DNA of 64,000 bases from Cetorhinus maximus (lineage: Eukaryota). The stretch spans positions 47,182,001 through 47,246,000 of the forward strand of contig NC_135892.1 in NCBI RefSeq assembly GCF_964194155.1, read 5' to 3'. Position 1 is the first letter of the stretch. The number at the start of each line of letters is the position of its first letter. The notes beneath the pieces are model-generated. The model had not been told where the DNA came from. It did not search any database and was given only the letters and a program-made list of their open reading frames with translations. A program made the position numbers and the translations under genes. This document shows positions 38,822 to 49,747 of the stretch, one piece after another.

Positions 38822-40372
38822 CCGAGGCTGCTGAAGGAAGTCAGGGAGGAGATAGCAGATGCTCTGAGGATGATTTTCCAATCTTCACTAGATACATGGG
38901 AGGTACCGGAGGACTGGAGAAATGCAAACATAGTTCCATTGTCTAAAAAGGAATCAAAGGAAATGCCAAACAATTATAGGCCAGTTAGTCTTACATCAGA
39001 GGTGAGCAAATTAGTAGAAACAATCCTGAGAGATAGGATTAACTGTCATGTGGAAAGGCATGGACTAGTCAGGGATGGTCAGCATGGATTTGTTAAAGGA
39101 AGGTCTTGCCTCACAAATTTGATTGAATACTTTGAGGAAGTGACAAGAAAAGTTGATGAAGCTAGTGCAGTGGATGTTGTGTACATGGATTTTAGCAAGG
39201 CAATTGACAAGGTCCCACATGGCAGATTGGTCAGGAAAGTAAAAGCCCATGGGATTCAAGGTAATGTGGCAAACTGGATAAAAGGTTGGCTTTGTAACAG
39301 GAAACAAAGGGTAATGGTCGATGGATGCCCTTGTGAATGGAATGTTGTCTCAAGTGGTGTTCCATAGGGCTCGGTGTTGGGACCCTTGCTGTTTGTGTTA
39401 TATATTAATGATTTGGACGTGAACGTGGGGGGCACGATTGGGAAATTTGCAGATGACACAAAGATTGGCCGAGTAGTGGATAGTGTAGAGGATAGCCATA
39501 ATCTCCAAAATGATATAGATGGGTTCTTGGAGTGGGTGGTAAAGTGGCAGATGGATTTTAACATAGAGAAGTGTGAGGTCATACATTTAGGGAGGTCAAA
39601 CAATTACAGGGATTACACAATAAATGGGAATATACTAAGAGAGGTAGATGAAGTGAGAGATCTTGGCGTACAAGTACACGGGTCCCTGAAGGCAGCAGTT
39701 CAAGTAGACAAGGTTGTAAAGAAGGCATATGGAATGCTCTCCTTCATTGGCAGAGGTATAGAATATAAAAGTAAGGATATAATGTTGGAATTGTTTAAAA
39801 CACTGGTGAGGCCACAACTGGACTATTGTGTGCAGTTCTGGTCACCACATTACAGGAGGGACATAATAGCTCTGGAGAGAGTGCAGAGGAGGTTTACAAG
39901 AATGTTGCCAGGGTTAGAAAAGTGTAGCTACGAGGAGAAATTGGATAGGTTGGGGTTATTTTCCTTACAACAAAGAAGGCTGAGAGGTGACTTGATTGAG
40001 GTGTACAAAATTATGAGGGGAATAGATAGAGTGGACAGGATAAAACTGTTTCTCTTTATGGAGAATTCTAGGACCAGGGGACATAGATTCAAGATAAGTG
40101 GCAGAAGGTGTAGGGGGGATGTGAGGAAGAACTTTTTTACGCAGAGGGTAGTGGGTGTCTGGAATTCGCTGCCCAAGTTGGTGGTAGAGGCAGAAACTTT
40201 AAACACTTTTAAAAAGTATCTGAATCTGCACCTAAAGTGCTGAAAGCTGCAGGGCTATGGGCTGGGTGCAGGAAGGTGGGATTAGAAAGGGCACCTGGGT
40301 GTCCTCGGGCTGGCATGGACAAGATGGGCCAAATGGCCTCCTTCTGTGCTGTAACTTTTCTATGGTTCTATG
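38822..40372 (+). mobile_element. Young 5'-truncated CR1 inserted in the Gypsy integrase
   Basis: RT frame open from about 38822 to 40243 except one TAG (39365-39367) replacing Q of GVPQGS; FADD present; tail ttctatggttctatg. Confidence 0.93.
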
Positions 40373-40549
40373 GAAGAGTAGTTTGGGTGTGAAGTGACAT
40401 TAGCCTTTGGACTGGACCACTTTCCATGCCTTCAGTCGGTGTGTTTCTCCGCTCGTGGATGCCTTCTGTACATCTGTGCTAAATTTGCTTGATTTCTTGA
40501 TTCCTTTGGCGATTTTCACTGCCACCTCAGCTTTTCCATTTGACCGGGG

Positions 40550-41207
40550 ATAGTGTGAAGATGATGTATAGTGTTGAATTTCCCAATCCTTTGTGAAGCA
40601 GCTAAGTTTGTCACTTGTGAGCTGTGGGCCATTGTTATTCATCACAATATCTGGAATGCCATAATGGCTGAAGTGTGCTTTCAAGCATTCTACTATCTCT
40701 AACACAAAAACAGAAACACAAATACCTGGAAAAACTCAGCAGGTCCGGCAGCATCGGCGGAGAAGAGCACAGTCCATGTTCCGAGTCCTCATGACCCCTC
40801 AACAGAACTAAGAGATTCTACTATCTCTCCTGTTGTCAATGAAGCCAGCTGGTCTAACTCCCAGTAGTCAGAATAGTAGTCTACAGTGACAAGGGCCAGC
40901 GTGAAATCGCAGTCTGGTCCCGATCCGCAGGTGGTGGTCAGCTTCCCGACTGCTCCTGCCAAGCCTGTCCGACAAGGGAAAAATCCTGGCCCTTGTCACT
41001 GTAGGCTACTATTCTGACTACTGGGAGTTAGACCAGCTGACTTCATTGACAACAGGAGAGATAGTAGAATGCTTGAAAGCACACTTCAGCCATTATGGCA
41101 TTCCAGATATTGTGATGAGTAACAATGGCCCACAGCTCACGAGTGACAAACTTAGCTGCTTCACAAAGGATTGGGAAATTCAACATGATACACCACCTTC
41201 ACACTAT
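40550..41207. repeat. Inverted duplication, arms 40550-40899 and 40986-41207
   Basis: Right arm (222 bp) is the reverse complement of the left arm, which carries an extra 114-bp insertion plus its TSD. Confidence 0.92.
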
Positions 41208-41791
41208 TAAGGTCCGTCCAATGTGAAACACATGCTTCCACACTCAGCACTGCCTGTGTGGAGGAGGGGGGAGGGGGGGGTTGGTGGGGGGGTGGGGGGG
41301 TTCTGCGAGGGCGAGAGTACAATTTTGCACATGCGCGTGGGTGCACACTGGAAAAGCTCCCTGAGCTGCTGACCTGCTTCAGTGAGATGAAGTGTTCAAG
41401 AATTTAAAATAAACAATTTTAAATTGTTAAAAAACAATCCTGAGGGACATGTTATTAATGAAAATTAAAGCTTTTATTTTATTATTAATAGCTGTTGGAA
41501 ACCTCATCCCGCCCATGCATGAGGTTTCCTAAAAAATGCAAAGGCTGTTTGGCCTTTTCGCTTGCCCACCAGCCGTAAGGTTGGACGGGCAACAAAAAAT
41601 TTATTTCAATTACATTTTTAATGACCTTAATAGGTCTTTTAATTGTCGGCGGGTGCACTACCAACTCCCGCCGACCAAAATATAGCGTGAGTGCATGATG
41701 ACGTCGGGATGCTCGCCTGACGTCATCGCGCACCATTTTATGCTCGAGCAGGTTGGTCACATGCCCACCCGCTCAACAGAAAATCCTGCCC
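40893..41791. mobile_element. Harbinger-type MITE in the Gypsy integrase, left end rearranged
   Basis: Ends gggccag / aaaatcctgccc with a 3-bp duplication (caa or aag); the integrase text AYYL|VTVDYYSD rejoins across it. Confidence 0.75.
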
Positions 41792-42646
41792 AAGATAATA
41801 AGCTTCTGCTATAGTGAAGAGGTTTACTCCAAGCTTCATCCATGGCCTGTCTAGGATGTCATGCATCATCAATGGCCCTCTAGCTTGTTTGGCTTGGTAC
41901 TCGTTATAAGCACTGCACAGGCCTATATGGCCTTTAATTTCAGTGCTCATGTTTGGCCAGTAGAGCACATTACTTGCCTTCCTCAAACTCAGTTCAATTC
42001 CTTGATGGCTTGCATGGATGCACTCCAGCATCTCCCTTCTCTCCTTAGACTTGCTCTCACTGTTGGATCTCTTATGCCAAAGACAATCCCATCTTTAATG
42101 AGATCATCTTTTAGTTGCTCAAACTCACCTGATTCTGCAAACTGTGTTACTGCAGCCACATACTGATCAATGGACTCTTTTTCACCTTGAGCCATAATGT
42201 TGAACACATATCATTCATAAGCTACGTTCACTTGGAAGTTCAAAGCATGCCTTCAGAGCTTCCAAAATTTCTGCAGGCTGTTTTTTCTGTTCATAGCAGT
42301 CCCTCCCCAGCAGTGTTAAAAAAGTGTTGCTACTCATATCGGCTCTGACTTGTTAATTAAATCTGTTACAATTTTGTGGTTTTGCCAATGCATGTGGAAA
42401 ACTTGCCAGTTCTTCCGCATATTGCCTTTCATTTCGATAGGAGCTGAAGTGGAAAATTTACAGCCATTTTTGTCTCACCCAGTATTTTACTTGCAACCTT
42501 CAGCTTGTGTTAGCTTTTCCTTGTCTGTAATTTTTTTTGTTCAGCAGCTTTAAGCAGGTTGGGACGTTTCAGTGTTTCCCTTTCAATAGCTGTGGCTTCC
42601 TTTCTAGCTTTTGAAAACTCAATCTCAGCTATACTTCTGACACCAT

Positions 42647-45505
42647 GGGCAGAATTTTTTGCCTCGCAGACAGGCATGTGGCCAACCTGAACATATGTGA
42701 AATAGCACAAGATGATGTTGGGTGAACATATCAATGTCACCTGCATGCGAGCAATCTTCAGATCGGCGGGCACGTGTGGGTGCTGGAGCTGCACCCACCA
42801 ACAATTAAAAGGCCACTTAAGGCTATTAAAAAGGGAATTGTTCACGATTTTACATTGCCCATGCAATTTCATGCTCATCGCCCAGGCAAAACGAATAGGC
42901 AAGTAGCCCACTTTTAACGAAACCTCATCCAAGGGCGGGATAAAATGGGTCAGCAGCATTGCCATTGTGAGTAACTCTTTTGTGTTAATTGGATGGATGG
43001 CTGCTGGGCGACAAGGGCTATCTGTTGAAAAGGTGGCTCATGGCACCTCTCCAGCATCAGAGAACAGAGGCAGAGCAGCGTTATAATAGGAGTCATGCCT
43101 CCACAATGGCGGCGATAGAGAGGACCATAGGTCTTCTGAAAATGTGCTTCCAATGCCTGGACCGTTTCAGGGGGAGCAATACAATACCCCCCAGAGTGGT
43201 TGCATGTTGCGCTCTCCACAATTTGGCACTGGCAAGGGGGGACCCATTGGAGGAAGAGGATCTTGATGCAGCTCCACAGGCCACAGAGGATGAATCCAAT
43301 GGTGAGTCAGAACAGGAGCATGGTGAGGAGAACGCTGAGGGTGTGGAGGCAGACCTCTGTATCCTTCAGGGAGGCTGGGACACCAGGGACACCTTGATCC
43401 ATTGCTCCATCAGTTAGGCTGCCAAAGGTCTGCTTTCACCTCATGCCAGGGCTACCATCTGCATCCTGGATGCCTGAAATGACCCTTTCATTTGAACCCA
43501 AAGTCCACTCAGTGTCTGTGAAATAAAGTTTCGAGCCATTCGCATCCAGCACCAAAAAAAAGGTGACGCATACTCAGGCCATTAATACTAAAGCAAAATT
43601 TATATCATTTTGACACACAACAAATGTACAGAATTATATCTGGTGTTAATGCCCACACCAGTAAACATATTTACAAAACATGGCAGAACTGAAGATCACC
43701 CATGAACTGTCCCTCTCGTGCTCATGGTGCCTTAAACTTACGCTTATGAGTGCTGTGTCTTGGTGTCCCCCCAACTCCCCTCAGTGGCACCGGCATTGGA
43801 GACAGCCTGCTGACTCTGCTGTCTTGTTGGCCTTGATGACCTTGGTGGGCGTCCTCTGGCCAGTGGAGCCTGTGCTGTCCCTGCCTAGGAGGGAGCGGCC
43901 AGTGCCACGGCTGGCATCTCCCCAGACATCGCAGCCTCTTCAGATGCCATAGTCACTGGCAGAGGGGAGGAGGAGCTGCTGCCGTCATCCAGAGCGCCCT
44001 GAGATGAGCCTGCAGAGACAACAGGCAGGTCGTGCACCAATGTGAGGTCACTCTGGATCCCCCTGCTCGCCATTGATGGACGGGCACCTAGCTGGGATAT
44101 TGGGTACCTCACCTGAGGTTAGTGTCTGTGTGAGGGCTTGCAGGTCCGAGTGCAACCCCAGAAACCCATGATTCTGTCCCTGGAGCTGCCTCTCCATGAG
44201 AGTCACCACTCTCTCAATGGAGGAGGCAGTGCGCTCGGCCATGAGGGGCAATGTGGTGTTCGCACTTCACGTGGATTCCTCCACAATGGAGACCATGGCA
44301 TGCACACCGTCATGGATCTCCGCCAGATCCTCCCGCACACTCCACTAGACACCCAGCATCTGCCACCTGATGGACGACTCCAGAGGCTCATCATCTGCCT
44401 TTGACTCAGCATCGTCCTGGTCTCCAGCAGTCCTCTGACTGCCGGCGCCCTGGGCGCTCTCTGCCTCCGCCTGCACCTCAAGCGAGTATGAAGTGCCCTC
44501 ACCGCTGTGCACCGAGATACTGGCTGATGATCTAACACCCACCGAGGTTCTGGTATCTGCACTGGTGCCTGGTTCAGACAACAGGCGTAACACAGGTGCA
44601 TCTGAAGCCTGATGGTCCTCTGGAGTCAAGGATGGCTCTTTGGGATCCTGAATATGAGTGCATACTGTTGAACCTAAGGGAGAACAACAACATGTCGTTA
44701 GTTTAAGTCATCACACTATCACTGTCCCTGGTGAGACAATGGAGATCTGCATCATGGTGCCATCATCTTTCAATGATCAATGGGGATTCCAGCTGAGGCT
44801 CCCATTAATGATGAGACTACACAAGAATGTTTGCACAAACCGAAACTCTTACCTCTGTGCACTGCACTCTTACCTTCATCAGAAACCCTGTCTCTCCACG
44901 ACCGGCTGACCGAGTTATTCCATACCTCATCATGATTAGGAGGTTTGGGGGGCCTCTGCCTGTTGTTGACCTCTCTATGTTGTTATGGCTCCTCTTCTCC
45001 TGAAAGTACACAGGAGTATTGATTGGTCCACTCTCTAGCTGCAGCGCCATTGGTCTGATGTGATGGCCTCCTCCTGCCATCACTGGGAACGAGGGTGACC
45101 CGCCTGACACCCACCTCCTCCACAAGGACAGCGAGGCACTCGTCCAAAAAAAGAGGGGCCAAGTACACACCTGAACTGCTCTCCCGCCTGATGTTTGCTG
45201 CTGCTGGTGAGACCATTGTTCCAGCTTCTGGGCCAACTAAAGATTCTCCCCTGGCAGCCTCGAGGGAGCTGGCTTTGCCAGTTTTATAGTACCTGCCGGG
45301 TTACCATTGGACCCGGTGCCCAACTAGCCCTGCCCCTGCCCCACCCTTCCCGACCATTCAGGAGACGTGTTTCACACTGGGCGGACCTTAATTGTCCAGC
45401 CAGCATGAAGTCACGGTTGGGGGATGATCACGGTTAGAAGTCCGTTCGCTGGCCGCTCCTGGACCAGCCAATCACGGGCACCCGACAAGGGAAAAATTCA
45501 GGCCC
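42647..45505. mobile_element. Harbinger transposon: 3' part of DDE transposase (+, 42989-43417) and convergent Myb/SANT-like gene (-, about 45216-43700)
   Basis: [12 protein letters not shown]...YNRSH...[16 protein letters not shown]; minus-strand APLFLDECLAVLVEEV..DGRRRP; TIRs gggcagaattttt / aaaaattcaggccc; TSD atg/acg. Confidence 0.9.
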
Positions 45506-46109
45506 ACGTTTCAAGATCAAAGACTACAGTCTATCTAGCGTAGTGTCTTTATTGAAGTGAATGTAACATGGCTGTCCCCACAGATTCCCTCATGGCAGAG
45601 GTCACATGACTATGGCAAGATAGGTAAGACACTTAATTGCATTTCAGAACCTAAACAGAACTCTACATAGAAGACTAGGCTCTATGAGGAGCCTTTGTGC
45701 AGGACTACACTGAACAGCATTTATCCCACCATAGGGAAGGATAAACCAGAGCTGCTCTGCTTCATAAAATAAAAACAGAGAATGCAGGAAGTAATGGGCA
45801 ACTCATGCAGCATCTGTGGAAAGAGAAAATTAAACAGAGTTAATGTATGTGGTCAGTTATCAACCTGATGGTCAGAATTCTCCCAACCATGTGGAGGCGG
45901 CTTTGGAGGCTGAGGGGTGGGGGGCAACACGGAAAATCAGGAAGAAGTGCATCAGGCTGGCTCCTCAACCTCTTCCCACCGCCATCAGCTTCCCTGCCAG
46001 CATCAACAGCTACCAGCCCAGGAGTGGCAAGTAGATAACTAAGGTGTTTAAAACTTCAATTAATGCCTATTTTGACATTTCAATAAGATTTTTCGAATGC
46101 CACAGAGCC

Positions 46110-46210
46110 ACCCCCCCCCCCCGCCCCCCCCCCACCCCCCCACCCCCCCCCACCCCCCCACCCCCCCCCCACCCCCCCACCCCCCCCCACCCCCCCACCC
46201 GCCGCCCCCC
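46110..46210. repeat. Poly-C low-complexity tract (G-quadruplex potential on -)
   Basis: About 100 nt of C runs separated by single A or G. Confidence 0.85.
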
Positions 46211-48379
46211 CACAGTATCAGGAGCTCATCGACTCTGAGGAGGTGAAATCACAACAGGGAATCATCATTACCTGCAACCGACAGGAATTCAGGTCAATAA
46301 CGGGGGCAAAACTCAAGGCAGGGCTAGATGAATGATCAAATTATTCAGAACTAAATAAGAATGAAGAATAATATTTATAAATTCTGTGGCAGGAAAGGTG
46401 AAGGAAATCCCTGGGATGAACATAGATGTACAAAAACATGATAAGTGGATAGACAGAGGGTCAAACCTACAAACAAAACCTTAACTAGAGACATAAAATA
46501 CAACAGTAAGTTAGTATTTCAATAGTTTAAAAGGAAGTAGGTAGGTGAAGAGATGTAAACAAAATAGAATTTCAGGATAAGCTCAAGGTTAGTATAATAA
46601 ATGATTTCTTTTCGAGTGAATACTAGGACAAAATATTGATCACCATGTTTTCCCCTCAGTAGCGACAGTCCAAGTAGAACTACCTCAGCCTAAGTCAGCA
46701 GATACCTGGGAACACCACCATCTGCAATTTCCGCTCCAAGCTACACACCATCCTGACTTGAAAATATATCACCATTCCTTCACTGTCACTGGGTCAAAAT
46801 CTTGGAACTCCATCCCTAACAGCACCGTGGGTGTACCTGCACGATATGGACTTCAGCTGTAAAAGAAGGTGGCTCATCATCACCTTCTCAAGGGCAGTTC
46901 GGGATGGGCAACAAATATTGGCCTAGCCAGCAATGCCCACATCATGTGAAAGAATAAAAAAAGCCTGAGACAGCGTAAAAAGGCTCAAAACATATGATTT
47001 CCCATGAATAGATTACTTCTCCAAGTGTTGTGAGAAATCCACGGGAGCAGATGTGTGAAGTATTGATGGTCATTTTTTAGTCATTAGTGGGGGTTATACT
47101 GTACAGATGTCGATGTCCCTTTAAATATAGCAGTCTCAATCACGCTGCGAACCCAGTCTCCTGTCTGCCATCCCTGATTGGATGGCAAGCGCAGAGGAAG
47201 CCTGTTAATTGGCTGCCTCCTGGAAGATTGTGCCATAGGATGGGTGGTTGCATGGCGTCAGGATCCGGAAATGATTTCAACTCCTGAGAATTTTGTAAGT
47301 CTGCAAGATTCTGGCCATTAATTCCATTTTCCACAAATGCTGCCTGATCTGCTGAGCATTTTCAGCATTTTCTGTTTTTTTTATATTTCAGATTTCCAGC
47401 ATTCACAGTATTTTATCACTTATCAGGCTTCTGCATTATGCAGCTGTAACTGTGTATGTTGTTTATAGATCACAGAACAGGACAGAAAGAGAAAGCATGA
47501 CAGTCAGTGTTGCTCTGTTCTCACAGAATATGTCAGGATGAAAAGGCATAAAAACAGAACAACTGGAAACAATTGCCAAATAATTGTTAGCAAGAGTCAA
47601 TGTTTCAGTATAATAAAGTGAAACAGGAGAAATATAACAAGTGTTAATTAACTTGGGTAATTACCTGATTAAATTCAAAGCCAATCTTGTCACAAAAGCA
47701 CAAAGTCAGATTACTATTCAACTCCCTAGCCTGCACTGCACAGATCAGAGCTCAAAATTCCAGAGGTTCTATTTCTATTCAATTTCATTATTCAAAGCAA
47801 TCAATTCCATTAACAGCTGATTAAATCATTAATATTATGGCACAAGTTATCATTCACACAAATGTAATTAGTGTGATGAGTTTTAAAATATGCAGCTATT
47901 TTTCTTTAAGCTGCCTTGACTGAGGCTGTCCCAATATATTGGCCCAAAAAGCGGTTTGATTTATTAATGTTAGGGGCGTGTTTTTCTCTCTCTCATAGCG
48001 ATGAATGCTGAGACACTTGTTGCTATTGAGGAACACAGCAGTATGGCACCTTCCAGCACCTAACTTCAGCTGAAATTGTTGCAGTGCACCTGATTGAGCT
48101 CCAGGCGAGTTGACGCTGATGGTCCTGGAATTCACACAAGTGGCAGGGACCATTAGAAACATAGCAACGTAATACCTAGGAGCAGGAGTAAGCCATTCAG
48201 CTCTTCGAGCTTGTTCTGCCAACCAATGAGATCATGGCTGATCTGCTTGTGGTCTGAACTCTGCGTCAGTTAGAAAACTTTGCCTGCCTGTCCTCAATGT
48301 GCATGGATTTTTACACTCAGCTGCTTCCCCACTACTACCTCATCACAAGCCCCCCGCCGCACCCCTTGTTCCTCTCCCG

Positions 48380-48540
48380 CCATCCCGCTCTCTGGCCCCT
48401 CTCTCGCCATCCCACATCCTTGCCTCCTCTCCCACCATCCCACACTCTGGCCCCTCTCTCACCATCCTGCGCCCTTGGCTTTTCTCCCACCATCCCGCAC
48501 TTTGGATTCTCTCCCACCATCCCACACCCTGACTCCCTCC
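48380..48540. repeat. C-rich minisatellite with a unit of about 26 bp, continuing at 54849-54940
   Basis: Repeated ccatcccacactctggcccctctctc variants on both sides of the Copia insertion. Confidence 0.8.
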
Positions 48541-49231
48541 TGTGTTAGGAAAGGAAATAGTTAGAGAAGTTCAATTGCTATTTATTAGGTTGTTTAACTA
48601 AGTACGCATTTGGTTGTATAAAAGGGATAACAGCTGAGACTAGGGCTGTCTGTGGAGAGTTTTATGGCAAGCAATAAAACTCTGTTTTAAGAAGTAGATT
48701 TGGCACAACTATTGGAACTTAACTGTGGTAGTAGGGGATGGTTTCTGTCTGTAAATCATGGATTGGAAACTAAGTTTTCTTTAGACAGCAGACTGTATTT
48801 GGAGTTAATTTTACGAGCAGAGTGGTTTGGAAAAAAAGAGAATTAGGGTATGATTACCCAGGGATGTTTTCTGAGAGTGAACCCTATGAACAATGGAAGA
48901 ATGAAGTAACCACATGGACACTGGTTATGTTCTTGCCAAAAGAAAAACAGGTTACGGCCTTGGTGCTTTCATTACCATACAAAGACAAAAGAAGATGCAA
49001 AGTATTTTTGGAGTTGGAGCCTGAGTATTTGAACATGGATGAAGGTTTGGAAACATCATTAGAATTTATGGATAAGATCTATCACAAGGATGACTTATTA
49101 AGCGCTTCCAAAACATGGCCTGCTTTTGACAAATTTAGAAAGTTGGAAAAAAAGTTCCATAGAAGATTACATAATGGAATTCAGTGGACTATATGCAAGA
49201 TTACAAAAGTTCAGACTAGAAATTCCCCGAT

Positions 49232-49747
49232 GTAGTTGTATTGGAGGCAGTTCAGAGGAGGTTCACTAGATTGATTCCAGAGATGCGGGGCTTGTCTTAT
49301 GAGGAGAGATTGAGCAGTTTAGGCCTATACTTGCTAGAGTTTAGAAGGATAAGAGGAGATCTAATTGAGGTATATAGGGTGCTAAAGGGGATAGACAAAA
49401 TAGACGGATAGTGGAGCGGATTTTTTTCCTTGTGGGGCATTGTAGAACGAGAGGCCACAGTTTTAGGCTAAGGGGTGGTAGATTTAAATCAGAGATGAGG
49501 AGGAATTACTTTTCTCAAAGGGTCGTGAATCTGTGGAATTCACTACCTCACAGTGCAGTGGATGCCGGGACGCTGAATAAATTTAAGGAGGAGATAGACA
49601 GATTTTTAATTAGAGACGGGTTGAAAGGTTATGGGGAGAGGGTGGGAAATTGGAGTTGAGGCTGAAATGAGATCAGCCATGATTGTATTGAATAGCGGGG
49701 CAGGCTCAAGAGGCTGAATTGCCTACTCCTGCTCCTAGTTCTTATGT
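49232..49747 (+). mobile_element. CR1 3' fragment inserted in Copia gag
   Basis: EAVQRRFTRLIP...NYFSQRVVNLWNSLP and tail cctactcctgctcctagttcttatgtt. Confidence 0.88.

Larger units (their letters stand above)
37994..45657 (-). mobile_element. Internally deleted Ty3/Gypsy LTR retrotransposon
   Basis: LTRs of about 155 bp at 37994-38150 and about 45507-45657 (TG..CA). TSD caact/gaact; PPT 38151-38160; PBS tggtgtcagaagt at 42633-42645 (tRNA-Leu type). Gag remnant QGEKESIDQY..IKDGIVFGI and integrase HASHQG..C, DYYS, NGPQ, SNGKAE. Confidence 0.88.

Noticed and set aside
38642-39367. 241-aa ORF with a hydrophobic N-terminus fused to RT, resembling a membrane-anchored RT
   Set aside because: The N-terminal part is the antisense strand of Gypsy integrase read into the 5'-truncated CR1; non-ATG start and an internal stop follow.
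46044-46238. Poly-proline ORF
   Set aside because: Translation of the poly-C tract inside a MITE.
48280-48564. Pro/His-rich ORFs and a CRISPR-like repeated unit
   Set aside because: Degenerate tandem minisatellite without unique spacers; eukaryotic context with no cas genes.
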